Assembly: GCA_963843225.1 (NCBI GenBank)
Contig: CAWJJT010000009.1
Location: forward strand, 62,916 to 126,915
Source of the DNA: an uncultured Alphaproteobacteria bacterium
Lineage (GTDB): Bacteria > Pseudomonadota > Alphaproteobacteria > Rhizobiales > Xanthobacteraceae
Direction of reading: 5' to 3'
DNA: 64,000 nucleotides
Shown piece after piece: positions 9,349-19,686 of this stretch. The position numbers and the translations under genes were made by a program. The stretch's first letter is position 1. Each line of letters starts with the position of its first letter. Below the pieces are notes generated by a model. The model was given only the letters and a program-made list of their open reading frames with translations, was not told the DNA's origin and ran no database searches.

Positions 9349-12300
9349 ATGTCCAGCTTCTTTATCGACCGGCCGATCTTCGCCTGGGTCGTCGCGCTCT
9401 TCATCTGTCTGGTCGGCGCGATCGCGATACCGCTGCTTGCGGTGGCGCAATATCCGATCATCGCGCCGCCCTCGATCTCGATTTCCACCAGCTATCCCGG
9501 CGCGTCGCCGGAAAACCTCTACAACAGCGTGACGCGGCTGATCGAGGAGGAGCTGAACGGCGCCAACGGCATCCTGAATTTCGAATCCACCAGCGACTCG
9601 CTCGGGCAGGTCGACATCACGGCCAATTTCGTCCCGGGCACCGACACCGGCATGGCCTCGGTCGAAGTCCAGAACCGCATCAAGCGCGTCGAGGCGCGGC
9701 TGCCCCGCGCCGTGATCCAGCAGGGCATCCTGGTGGAGGAGGCGTCCAGCGCGGTGCTGCAGATCATCACGCTGCGGTCCACCGACGGCAGCCTCGACGA
9801 GGTCGGGCTCGGCGATTTCATGATCCGCAACGTGCTCGGCGAAATCCGGCGCATCCCCGGCGTCGGCCGCGCCACGCTCTATTCCACCGAGCGCTCGCTG
9901 CGGATCTGGATCGATCCCGCCAAGCTGGTCGGCTATGGCTTGACCGCCGATGACGTCACCAAAGCCATCAACGCCCAGAACGCGCAGGTCGCCTCGGGCA
10001 GCATCGGCGCCGAGCCGAGCACGCCGACGCAGCGGATATCGGCGCTCGTGCTGGTCAAGGGACAGTTGAGTTCGCCAGACGAATTCGGCGCGATCATCCT
10101 GCGCGCCAATGCGGATGGTTCGACCGTGCGGCTGCGCGACGTCGCGCGGGTCGAGGTCGGCGGCATGGGCTATCAATTCACCACCCGCCTCAACGGCAAG
10201 CCGACCGCGGGCCTCTCGGTGCTGCTGTCGCCGACCGGCAATGCGCTCGCGACCGCCGGCGCCGTCGAAGCCAAGATGAAGGAACTCTCCCGGTTCTTTC
10301 CCGCCAATGTCGCCTACGACATCCCCTACAACATCACGCCGGTCGTGAAGGCCTCGATCGAGAAGGTGCTGTCGACGCTGGTCGAGGCGGTGGTGCTGGT
10401 CTTCATCGTGATGTTCCTGTTCCTGCAGAACATCCGCTACACCCTGATTCCGACCATCGTGGTGCCGGTGGCGCTGCTCGGCACCTGTGCGACGCTGCTG
10501 ATCGCCGGCTTCTCGGTCAACATGCTGACGATGTTCGCCATGGTGCTGGCGGTCGGCATTCTCGTCGACGACGCCATCGTCGTCGTGGAAAACGTCGAGC
10601 GCATCATGGCGGAGGAGGGACTGCCGCCGAAACAGGCCACGCGCAAGGCGATGTCCCAGATCACCGGCGCCATCGTCGGCATCACGCTGGTCCTGATGGC
10701 GGTGTTCGTGCCGATGGCGTTCTTTCCGGGCTCGGTCGGCATCATCTACCGGCAATTCTCGGTGACCATGGTGGCCGCGATCGGCTTCTCGTCCCTGCTC
10801 GCGCTGTCGCTGACGCCCGCTCTGTGCGCGACGCTGTTGAAGCCGGTGACGGCAGGCCATGGTCATGCCCGCAAGGGCGTGTTCGGCGTCTTCAACCGCG
10901 GCCTCGATGCCCTGCGCAGCCGCTATGCGCGCACCGTCGGGCTGTCGCTCAACCGCACCGGGCGGCTGATGCTGATCTATGCCGCGCTGCTGATCGGGCT
11001 CGGCTGGGCGTTCGTCCGCCTGCCCGGCGGCTTCCTGCCGGTCGACGACCAGGGTTTCATCACCACCGACGTCCAGACGCCCTCCGATTCCTCCTACGCG
11101 CGCACCGAGGCGGCCGTGGAAGCGGTCGAGAAATATCTCGCCCGGCGCGCCGGAATCGACAACGTGACGTTCCTTACCGGCTTCAGCTTTTCCGGTCAGG
11201 GCATCAACACCGCGCAGGCCTTCATCACGCTGAAGGACTGGTCGGAACGGTCGAAAAAGGATTCGGCCGCGGCGATCGTGGCCGACATCAACAGCGATCT
11301 CGCCTCGATCCGCGACGCCAAGATTTCGGCGCTGCAGCCGCCGCCGATCGACAATCTCGGCAACTCCTCGGGCTTCAGCTTCCGCCTGCAGGATCGCGGC
11401 CAAAAGGGCTATCCGGCGCTGGCGAGCGCCGCCGACCGGCTGGTCGCCGACGCCAATGCGAGCCCGGTCCTGCAAAAGGTGTACATCGAAGGGCTGCCGC
11501 CGGCGCCGCAGGTGAGCCTCGTGATCGACCGCGAAAAGGCGGGCGCCTTCGGCGTCACCTTCGAGGACATCAACAACACCATCTCGACCAATCTCGGGTC
11601 GAATTACGTCAACGACTTTCCCAATCGCGGCCGCATGCAGCGGGTGATCGTTCAGGCCGACAAGGGCGGTCGCATGAGCGCCGACGACATCATGAACTAC
11701 AACGTCAAGAACAGCCGCGGCGTGCTGGTGCCGTTCTCTTCCTTTGCCTCGGTCGAATGGTCGAAGGGGCCGACGCAGATCGCGGGTTTCAACTATTATC
11801 CCGCCGTGCGCATCTCCGGCGAGGCCAAGCCGGGCTATACCAGCGGCGACGCCATCGCCGAGATGGAGCGGCTGGCGAACGGCTTGCCGCGCGGCTTCGG
11901 CTATGAATGGAGCGGGCAGTCGCTGCAGGAAAAGCTCTCGGGCTCGCAGGCGCCGTTGCTGCTCGCTCTGTCGGCGCTGGTGGTGTTCCTCTGCCTCGCC
12001 GCGCTCTATGAGAGCTGGACCATCCCGCTGGCGGTGTTGCTGACGGTGCCGCTCGGCATCTGCGGCGCGGTGCTGGCGGCGACCCTCCGGGGGCTGCCGA
12101 ACGACGTCTATTTCACCGTCGGCCTGATCACCATCATCGGGCTCGCCGCCAAGGACGCCATTCTCATCATCGAATTCGCCAGAGAGTTGCGTGCGCAGGG
12201 TAAGCCGTTGATCGAGGCGACGGTGGAAGCCTGCTCCTTGCGCATGCGTCCGATCCTGATGACGGGGCTCGCCTTTGTCTGCGGCGTGCTGCCGATGGTG

Positions 12301-12501
12301 GTGGCGAGCGGCGCCGGCGGCGCGAGCCAGCAGGCGCTCGGCACCAGCGTGATGGGCGGCATGATCGCGGTGGTGATCCTGGCGCTTCTGATGGTGCCGG
12401 TGTTCTTCGTCGCCGTGCAGCGGTTTTTCGCAGGCGACCGCGAGGCGGTGGAGAAGCCGGAAGCAACGCAGCCGCAGGCGTCGCCGGCTCCGATCCGATG
12501 A
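9349..12501 (+). CDS. RND efflux permease (HAE1, AcrB/MexB family)
   Basis: 1050 aa; FFIDRPIFAWV, GILVDDAIVVVENVER, LYESW, RMRPILMT. Confidence 0.96.
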   Translation: MSSFFIDRPIFAWVVALFICLVGAIAIPLLAVAQYPIIAPPSISISTSYPGASPENLYNSVTRLIEEELNGANGILNFESTSDSLGQVDITANFVPGTDTGMASVEVQNRIKRVEARLPRAVIQQGILVEEASSAVLQIITLRSTDGSLDEVGLGDFMIRNVLGEIRRIPGVGRATLYSTERSLRIWIDPAKLVGYGLTADDVTKAINAQNAQVASGSIGAEPSTPTQRISALVLVKGQLSSPDEFGAIILRANADGSTVRLRDVARVEVGGMGYQFTTRLNGKPTAGLSVLLSPTGNALATAGAVEAKMKELSRFFPANVAYDIPYNITPVVKASIEKVLSTLVEAVVLVFIVMFLFLQNIRYTLIPTIVVPVALLGTCATLLIAGFSVNMLTMFAMVLAVGILVDDAIVVVENVERIMAEEGLPPKQATRKAMSQITGAIVGITLVLMAVFVPMAFFPGSVGIIYRQFSVTMVAAIGFSSLLALSLTPALCATLLKPVTAGHGHARKGVFGVFNRGLDALRSRYARTVGLSLNRTGRLMLIYAALLIGLGWAFVRLPGGFLPVDDQGFITTDVQTPSDSSYARTEAAVEAVEKYLARRAGIDNVTFLTGFSFSGQGINTAQAFITLKDWSERSKKDSAAAIVADINSDLASIRDAKISALQPPPIDNLGNSSGFSFRLQDRGQKGYPALASAADRLVADANASPVLQKVYIEGLPPAPQVSLVIDREKAGAFGVTFEDINNTISTNLGSNYVNDFPNRGRMQRVIVQADKGGRMSADDIMNYNVKNSRGVLVPFSSFASVEWSKGPTQIAGFNYYPAVRISGEAKPGYTSGDAIAEMERLANGLPRGFGYEWSGQSLQEKLSGSQAPLLLALSALVVFLCLAALYESWTIPLAVLLTVPLGICGAVLAATLRGLPNDVYFTVGLITIIGLAAKDAILIIEFARELRAQGKPLIEATVEACSLRMRPILMTGLAFVCGVLPMVVASGAGGASQQALGTSVMGGMIAVVILALLMVPVFFVAVQRFFAGDREAVEKPEATQPQASPAPIR

Positions 12502-12547
12502 CCCGCAATTGCCGGGTCAACGCAGGGCAGCCCAATCCACGCCTCGA

Positions 12548-13555
12548 CTATCTGGATTTTCGAGGCGTCGGGCCGGCCCATTCCCGTCTTGCGATCTCGC
12601 GGAGATCGGACGGTGTGGCGCCGACATGGCGGCGGAACGCCCGATTGAAATAGGAGATATCGCCGAAGCCGTTTTCGTGAGCGATCTGTGCGATGTTCAG
12701 ATGGGCGTAACGCGGGTCAATCAGCATGCGCTGGACCCTGAGCAGGCGTTCGGTGAGCAGGAACGAGGAAAACGACGACCCCGCTTCCTCGAACAGTTTT
12801 CGCAGATAGCGCGATGAAATGCCGTGACGCGCGGCGATGCCCTCGGCGGAGAGATCGTTGTGGCCGAGCCGGCCGAGGATGTCGGATTTGAGTGCCGCAT
12901 ACCGCGCGGCCTTCGCGCCGCGCTGTCTGGCGAGTTCGGCATCGTCGCCGCGTGCACCGAGCGCGAGCGCGGCAAGATCGAAAATATGGGTCGACACCGC
13001 GTGGCCAATCTCGCGGTACTCCGATTCATCGCCGGTCTGCACAATATCCAGATATGCGGTCAGCAGACGCAATGCCGCGTTACCGCTCGGAATCGGCCGG
13101 CCAAAGGCCGACGCGTAGTTCGGAACACATGCGGCAAGGGTTGGCCGCGACAAGGCAAGGGTGATGAAACTTCCGTCGGAATGCAACGTGCTGGCCGAGG
13201 GAGCATCGGACGCCAGCACGCTGGCACTGCCGATTCCGCCGAGCAACTGCTTGCCGAATTGCGTGGCGTTGGCAACGCCGCTTCGCAATATGCTGATCGC
13301 GACGATGTCCCGACCGCGTCCGGCCAGCTCCGGCGTGACGCTATAGCGCGCGGGGGATCGCGAGCCGGTCGCGATGCCGACATTCGGCAGAAGACGAAAC
13401 GTGACGTCGGCATGGAACGGCGTATCGCCGATGGGTTCGATGTCGACGTTGAAGATCCCCCGGCCGTACACCTCGCGCCAGGTGGCCAGACGTTTGTCTT
13501 CGGGAATATCCCGGGTCGAAATCCGGACACGTTGAAGCGGTCGAATATCCTGCAT
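12548..13555 (-). CDS. AraC family transcriptional regulator
   Basis: C-terminal double HTH: ISSRYLRKLF, IAQIAHENGFGDISYFNRAFRRHVGATPS. Confidence 0.9.
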   Translation of the reverse strand: MQDIRPLQRVRISTRDIPEDKRLATWREVYGRGIFNVDIEPIGDTPFHADVTFRLLPNVGIATGSRSPARYSVTPELAGRGRDIVAISILRSGVANATQFGKQLLGGIGSASVLASDAPSASTLHSDGSFITLALSRPTLAACVPNYASAFGRPIPSGNAALRLLTAYLDIVQTGDESEYREIGHAVSTHIFDLAALALGARGDDAELARQRGAKAARYAALKSDILGRLGHNDLSAEGIAARHGISSRYLRKLFEEAGSSFSSFLLTERLLRVQRMLIDPRYAHLNIAQIAHENGFGDISYFNRAFRRHVGATPSDLREIARREWAGPTPRKSR

Positions 13556-13860
13556 GGCCCTTTAGCCCTCGGGAGCGATGTTCATACCCGGCGGTAACCC
13601 CAGACCACTTAAATTCTTCCTTCTGGTTGCGCCATTGCACTTTGGAAGCCGTCCATCGGCGCCCTGGTGCCGAATAATCCAATCCTCTGTTCCGATGCGG
13701 ACAAGTTGCGCCCTTCGATCTGTGTCGATCGGGTCACAGGCTTGTCCGAACTGCCCAAAGGACCGAAATGGCCGATCGCCCGTTCCGGTCCGACCAAGAC
13801 AGATGCGCCGCCACGTCCGATACAGCCGCAGTCGAACCTGCAACTGACCGGAGACTCATC

Positions 13861-14721
13861 GTGCGGATTTCAAAATTGATCGTTGCCATCAGCGCGACGC
13901 TTGGCCTCAGTGCAGCATCTGCCGCAGACTTGCTCGAGCGCAGCTATACCAAGGCGCCGCCTCCGATTGCCGCAGTCTACGATTGGACCGGCTTCTACGT
14001 CGGCGGCAATGTCGGTTACGGTTGGGGTGGTAACACCGACCCCAGTTTGAGTTTCTTCAACCCGCTCAACCGGGCAAACATCGGCGTGTTCCTGACCGCC
14101 GGAGAGTTTCCGGGAACGACCAGCACTGGAAATCTGTTCCCGAACCTTAATCCGAGCGGTGCATTTGGCGGCGGCCAGATTGGCTACGACAAGCAATTCG
14201 GCGCCTGGCTGCTCGGCGTGGTGGCCGATATTCAAGCCTCCGACTTCAGGGCCAGCAGCCTTGTAACCACGCCGGCGGTGGCCACCGGAGCAAATCTCGA
14301 CGAAAGCCTGTCGGCGAAAATCGACTGGTTCGGCACCGTGCGCGGCAAGGTCGGCTTCGCGGCCGATGACTGGTTGTTCTATGGCACCGGCGGTCTCGCT
14401 TATGGCGGAACCAAGAGCGCCATGGGCTTCGCCTGTACGCCCGGCGGCACCGGTTGCAGCGGCATTGCGCTTGCCGGCACCGCGTCGGAAACCAGGGTCG
14501 GTTGGGCGGCGGGTGTCGGCGTCGCGAAAGCGTTTGGCAACTGGAATATCGGGGTCGAATATCTTCACATCGACCTCGGCCGCTCCTCCGTCACCGCGGT
14601 CGACACCACCGGAAATCTCCTGTCGACGACAACCGTCACCGAGAGCCAGCGATTTGCCGAGGACATGGCCCGGCTGACCGTGAACTACAAATGGGGTCCG
14701 TCGCTGGTCGCCAGGGACTGA
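13861..14721 (+). CDS. Outer-membrane beta-barrel protein (Omp25/RopB-like porin family)
   Basis: GTG start after GGAG; signal peptide ending ASAADL, YDWTGFYVGGNVGYGWG, WFGTVRGKVG, YGTGGLAYG, C-terminal VNYKW. Confidence 0.88.
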   Translation: MRISKLIVAISATLGLSAASAADLLERSYTKAPPPIAAVYDWTGFYVGGNVGYGWGGNTDPSLSFFNPLNRANIGVFLTAGEFPGTTSTGNLFPNLNPSGAFGGGQIGYDKQFGAWLLGVVADIQASDFRASSLVTTPAVATGANLDESLSAKIDWFGTVRGKVGFAADDWLFYGTGGLAYGGTKSAMGFACTPGGTGCSGIALAGTASETRVGWAAGVGVAKAFGNWNIGVEYLHIDLGRSSVTAVDTTGNLLSTTTVTESQRFAEDMARLTVNYKWGPSLVARD

Positions 14722-14728
14722 TCCCTGT

Positions 14729-15524
14729 TCACTTTCCCAGCGGCTTGAGGATCTTCACCAGTTCGGCATGGATCGCTTCATTGCCGCAGATCACGTTGCC
14801 GCGTCTTGAGCGCATCGTCATTGCCGTCGAAGCCGGACACGGTGCCGCCGGCTTCGCGCACCATGATCTGGCCCGCCGCCATGTCCCAGGCATGCAGGTT
14901 GCGTTCCCAATAGCCATCGAGGCGGCCGGCGGCGACAAAGGCCATGTCGAGCGAGGCGGCGCCGAAGCGGCGCAGGCCCGCCACCTTGGCCTGGATCTCG
15001 CTCATCTCGACGCGCGCCAGCTCGAGATCGCCGCGGCCGATATGCGGCAGGCCGCAGGCGATCACGCAGTCACTGAGCTGGCGGCGGCCGGCGACCCGCA
15101 GCCGCTGGTCGTTGAGGAAGGCGCCCTTGCCGCGCTCGGCGATATAGAGCTCGTCATTGGCGGGATTGTAGATCACGCCCGCGATGATGGTGCCCTCGCG
15201 CTGCAGGCCGATCGAAATCGCAAATTGCGGAATGCCGTGCAGGAAGTTGGTGGTGCCGTCGAGCGGATCGACGATCCAGGTGTGGGTCTTGTCCTGGCCT
15301 TCGCGCGCGCCGCCTTCCTCGCCGATGAAGCCGTAGCCCGGCCGGGCCTTGGTGAGGTCCTCCAGCAGCATCTGCTCGGCGCGCTTGTCGGCGAGGCTGA
15401 CGAAATTGGCCGGTCCCTTCAGCGACACCTGAAGGTTCTCGATCTCGCCGAGGTCGCGTTTGAGGCTGCGGCCGGCGCGGCGCGCGGCTTTGACCATGAC
15501 GTTGATAAGGGCTGAATGCAGCAT
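14729..15524 (-). CDS. suhB: Inositol monophosphatase family protein SuhB (frameshift near 14800)
   Basis: WIVDPLDGTTNFLHG, RRFGAASLD, WDMAAG; C-terminus GNVICGNEAIHAELVKILK in ORF ending 14729. Confidence 0.9.
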
Positions 15525-15600
15525 GATCTCGGCTCAAGGCGACCTGAGCGTCAGGTCTGGGATGGGAATGGCGGGATTGGCCCCAGTGGGTGCCCTGCGG

Positions 15601-16660
15601 TTACCGTGGCGTCAAGACCGGATTGCCGAACCATTTGCGCGCGCCGGCCTCCGCCTTGGCGCGGTCGTCCGCGCTCAGGTGGGCCAGTTCCTCGTCGAGC
15701 ATCGGGATCGCCTTTCCCGGCGGTTTTGGCGATCAGGTGCCATTTGAGGCCCTCGACCTTGTCCATCGGCGCGCCCTGGCCGGTGACCAGCACGCGGGCG
15801 AGACGGTTCTGCGCGATCGGGCTGTTCTGCCGGGCGGCCTTGCGCAACAGCGCCACCGCGGCGGCCTCGTTCTTCGGCGTGCCGGTGCCGTTGAAGAGCG
15901 CGATGGCGTATTCGACCTCGGCGTCGACATTGTCGGCGATCGAGGCCGCCTGCAGCAGCCGGACCGCCTTCTCGGTGTCCTTCGGCACGCCGGTGCCTTC
16001 CTTGTAGAAGGTCGCGAGCGCGTATTGCGCTTCCGGGTTGCCGGCATCGGCGGCTTGCCGGAGCAGTTCGGCGGCGCGCTTGACGTCCTGCGGCAGCGAC
16101 TGTCCGTCGAGATAGAGCAGCGCCAGATTATAGGCCGCCTTCGCGTTGCCGAGTTTCGCGGATGACGCCAGCAGCTTGACGGCCTCGTCGCGGTTGGCCG
16201 CGCCGCCGCGGCCCTCCAGCCGCATCATGGCCAGCGCGAACATGGCTTCGCGGTCGCCGGCGTCGGCGGCGCGCTTGTACCAGCCGGCGGCCTTGACATA
16301 GTCGCGTTTGGTGCCGAGCGCATTGGCGTAGAGTTCGCCGAGCATGGTCATCGCCTTGGGATCGCCGGTCGCCGCGCGCTGGTTCGCGAGATCGAACGAG
16401 GTCTTGTACATGCCGCGCTGATAGGCGCCGTAAACCAGATCGGCATTGGGATCGTCGGGTGCGGCGTGGCGGCCGGCGTCGGCCTCGACCTTCGGCGTCG
16501 CCGCCGGAGCCGGCGGCTTTTTGGCGGGCGGTTTGGGTTTCGGCGCCGCGGCCGGCTTGGCGGGCTCGGCGGCGGGAGGCGTCAGCGGGACCTGCGCCGC
16601 GGCGCTTGCCGCCCAGATCAGGCAGCACAGCAGGATCGATATGGGAGCGAGGCGCTGCAT
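15601..16660 (-). CDS. Sel1-repeat (SLR/TPR) exported protein (frameshift near 15700)
   Basis: Signal peptide, Pro-rich linker, repeated A...LG.LY..G.G...D...A..WY..AA..G units. Confidence 0.85.
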
Positions 16661-16669
16661 TTTTTCGCG

Positions 16670-17349
16670 CTAACCCTGCTCGGCCCGGGCTTTTCCGGCA
16701 GCTCCGATGTGCCTGCCGGATCGCCTGCTCGACGTCCTTCAATGCCGCCACCGCGCCGCGCGGATCGGCCCAGATGAAATCGCCGACCAGGACGAAATCC
16801 GCGCCGTTGGCGGCGAACGCGTAGGCTTCCTCGCGCGAGGCGGCAAAGCCGACGCAGGGCGGCTCGAACAATTCGGCCCACCATTCGAGCCGCTCGGCGA
16901 TTGCCTCGGCCGACGGCCGCTGGCCCTTCGCGTCGGGCTCGCCGAACAGGACGTAGTCGGCGCCGAGTTCGCCCGCGCTCATCGAATCGTGCCGCGTCGC
17001 GCAGGCCCCCGACGCCGGCGATGCGGTCGGGCTTCAGCGACGGCAGCGCGTCCTCGAGCGCCGCGATGCCGCTCAGATGCGCGCCGTCGGCGCCGCCGCG
17101 CGCGACCAGTTCGACATGACCGTCGAGCAGCAGCGCCGCGCCGGCATTCTGGATCACGGGCGCCAGCGCCTTGATCCGCGAGATCATGGTGCGCTGGTCG
17201 GTCGGCTTGAGCCGCACCAGCACCGCGGCGACATCGGCTGACGCGAGCAGGCCGGGCAGGCCCGCGATCAGCGGTGCGGGATCGTCCACCTCCGATGTCG
17301 CAAGATAAAGACGCGGCACGGGGCGCTGCGGAGCAGGTTGAGTGGCCAA
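16670..17349 (-). CDS. Thiamine-phosphate synthase (ThiE/TenI)-like protein, divergent (frameshifts near 17000 and 16710)
   Basis: RLYL, GADGAHL, AGELGADYVLFG, WWAELFEPPCV, GADFV. Confidence 0.75.
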
Positions 17350-17350
17350 T

Positions 17351-18377
17351 CTATGCCGCCTTCTTTTCCAGCTCGGCCTTCCATTCGCCCCTGGTCGCGA
17401 GCGAATTCATCCGCGCGCGGTGGATGAAGGCGCGCTGGCCGGCGGCGATATTCTCGGGCTTGCCCGACCACGCCTTTTGCGGCGCCGCCTGCAGCGCGCG
17501 GCCGTAGGAAAAGGTGAGGGGCCAGGGCAGGCCGCCGATGCGGTGCATGGCGTCGAGATGCGCGGTCGCCTCCTCGTCGGATTGTCCGCCGGAGAGGAAG
17601 GCGATGCCGGGCACCGCCGCCGGGACGCAGGCCTTCAAGAGCCGGATGGTCTTCTCCGCGACTTCCTCGACGGAAGCCTGCTTCGGGCTCTTCTTGCCGG
17701 AGATCGCCATGTTGGGTTTCAGGACCATGCCTTCCAGCGCGACGCGCTGCACCCGCAATTCCTGGAAGGTCTTGTTGAGCACGCGGCTCGTGACGTCGAA
17801 GCAGCGGTCGATATCGTGGTCGCCGTCCATCAGCACTTCCGGCTCGACGATCGGAACGATCTGCGCGGCCTGGCAAAGCGCGGCGTAGCGCGCCAGCGCG
17901 TGGGCGTTGACGTGGATCGCGGTCATGGTCGGAATGCCGCTGCCAGATATCGATCACCGCGCGCCATTTCGCGAACCGCGCGCCGCGCTCGTAATATTTC
18001 TTCAGCCGCTCGGCGAGCTTGTCGAGCCCGACGGTGACGAGTTCGCCGGGGCATTGCGGCAGGGCTTGCGTTCCCTCGTCGACCTTGATGCCGGGGATCG
18101 CGCCGGATTGCTCGATCAGCCTGACCAGCGGCGTGCCGTCCTTCGCGTTCTGCCAGATGGTCTCGTCGTAGAGGATGACGCCGGAAATGTACTTGCTCAT
18201 CGCCTCGGTGGAGCGGAACAGCATCTCGCGATAGTCGCGGCGCGTCTCCTCGGTCGACGCCACGCCGATGGCGTCGAAGCGCTTCTTGATGGTGCCGGTG
18301 GATTCGTCGGCGGCCAGGATGCCCTTGCCGGGGGTGACCATGGCGAGGGCGACCTTGTTGAGATCGGCGAGATTCAT
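17351..18377 (-). CDS. Class I fructose-bisphosphate aldolase (frameshift near 17945)
   Basis: KGILAADES, GVILYDET, GIKVD, FAKWRAV, VPIVEPEV, LKPNM, FLSGGQS, TFSYGRALQ. Confidence 0.93.
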
Positions 18378-18442
18378 CGATGCCTCCTCGAGAGCAGGGA
18401 CGCTTTGCAAGTCAAACTAGACCGTTCTCGGGCAAGACCCAA

Positions 18443-18502
18443 GAAAACGCCAGCAAAACAGCGAAGAAAACAGCCAATAAAACGGCCAACAAAGCCGTCA
18501 AA
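18443..18502. repeat. Five imperfect 12-bp tandem units with A-tracts
   Basis: GAAAACGCCAGC AAAACAGCGAAG AAAACAGCCAAT AAAACGGCCAAC AAAGCCGTCAAA. Confidence 0.6.
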
Positions 18503-18569
18503 AAGCCGGCCCGGAAACTCGCCGGGAAGGGAACAGCGAGACCGGCGGCCCGTTCAGGTCGGAGGTCGC

Positions 18570-19637
18570 TTATGCGACTTTCGGATCAAGCTCGCCCTTG
18601 ACGTAACGCTTGGCCATCTCGGCCGTGGTCAGGACCTTCTTGATCTTGCTGGCCTGGCCGGCGGTATTGAACTCCTGCAGCCGCTGCTTGCACAGCTTGG
18701 CCATCGCTTCCATCGCCGGCTTGAGATATTTGCGCGGGTCGAATTCTTCCGGATTGTCCTTCAGCACCTTGCGGATCTGCCCGGTCATCGCCATGCGGTT
18801 GTCGGTGTCGATGTTGATCTTGCGCACGCCGTTCTTGATGCCGCGCTGGATCTCGGAAACCGGCACGCCCCAGGTCGGCTTCATCTTGCCGCCATTGGCG
18901 TTGATGATGTCCTGCAGGTCCTGCGGCACCGAGGACGAGCCGTGCATCACCAGATGCATGTTGGGCAGCTTGCGGTGGATTTCCTCGATCACGTTCATGG
19001 CGAGGATGTCGCCGTCCGGCTTGCGGGTGAATTTGTAGGCGCCGTGCGAGGTGCCCATCGCGATCGCCAGCGCGTCGACCTTTGTCTCCTTGACGAACTT
19101 CACGGCCTCGTCGGGATTGGTGAGCAACTGGTCGTGGGAGAGCTTGCCTTCGGCGCCGTGGCCGTCTTCCTTGTCGCCCATGCCGGTCTCCAGCGAGCCG
19201 AGCACGCCGAGTTCGCCTTCCACCGAAATGCCGCCGAGATGGGCCATGTCGGTGACGGTCTTGGTGACGCCGACATTGTAGTCCCAGTCGCCGGGCGTCT
19301 TGCCGTCGGCCTTCAGCGAGCCGTCCATCATCACGGAGGTGAAGCCGGCCTGGATCGCGGTCATGCAGGTGGCGGGTTCGTTGCCGTGATCGAGATGCAC
19401 GCAGACCGGGATCTGCGGATAGATTTCGGTCACCGCGTCCATCATGTGCTTGAGCATGACGTCGTTGGCGTAGGAGCGCGCGCCGCGCGAGGCCTGGATG
19501 ATCACGGGCGCGTCGAGCGCGGAGGCGGCCTCCATGATCGCCAGCGCCTGCTCCATGTTGTTGATATTGAAGGCCGGCACGCCGTATTCGTGTTCCGCCG
19601 CGTGGTCGAGCAATTGACGCAACGTAATGCGAGCCAT
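18570..19637 (-). CDS. fba: Class II fructose-bisphosphate aldolase (CbbA-like subtype)
   Basis: [58 protein letters not shown]. Confidence 0.96.
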   Translation of the reverse strand: MARITLRQLLDHAAEHEYGVPAFNINNMEQALAIMEAASALDAPVIIQASRGARSYANDVMLKHMMDAVTEIYPQIPVCVHLDHGNEPATCMTAIQAGFTSVMMDGSLKADGKTPGDWDYNVGVTKTVTDMAHLGGISVEGELGVLGSLETGMGDKEDGHGAEGKLSHDQLLTNPDEAVKFVKETKVDALAIAMGTSHGAYKFTRKPDGDILAMNVIEEIHRKLPNMHLVMHGSSSVPQDLQDIINANGGKMKPTWGVPVSEIQRGIKNGVRKINIDTDNRMAMTGQIRKVLKDNPEEFDPRKYLKPAMEAMAKLCKQRLQEFNTAGQASKIKKVLTTAEMAKRYVKGELDPKVA

Positions 19638-19686
19638 GAGTTCCGTTCTCCGCGTTGGGGCCGCTAGCCCGATATGAAATAAAAAT

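Noticed and set aside
8953-11475. 840-aa antisense ORF, and similar ones at 17907-19667, 35157-37835 and 61056-63242
   Set aside because: Shadow ORFs opposite well-supported genes, expected from high-GC codon bias; no recognisable motifs
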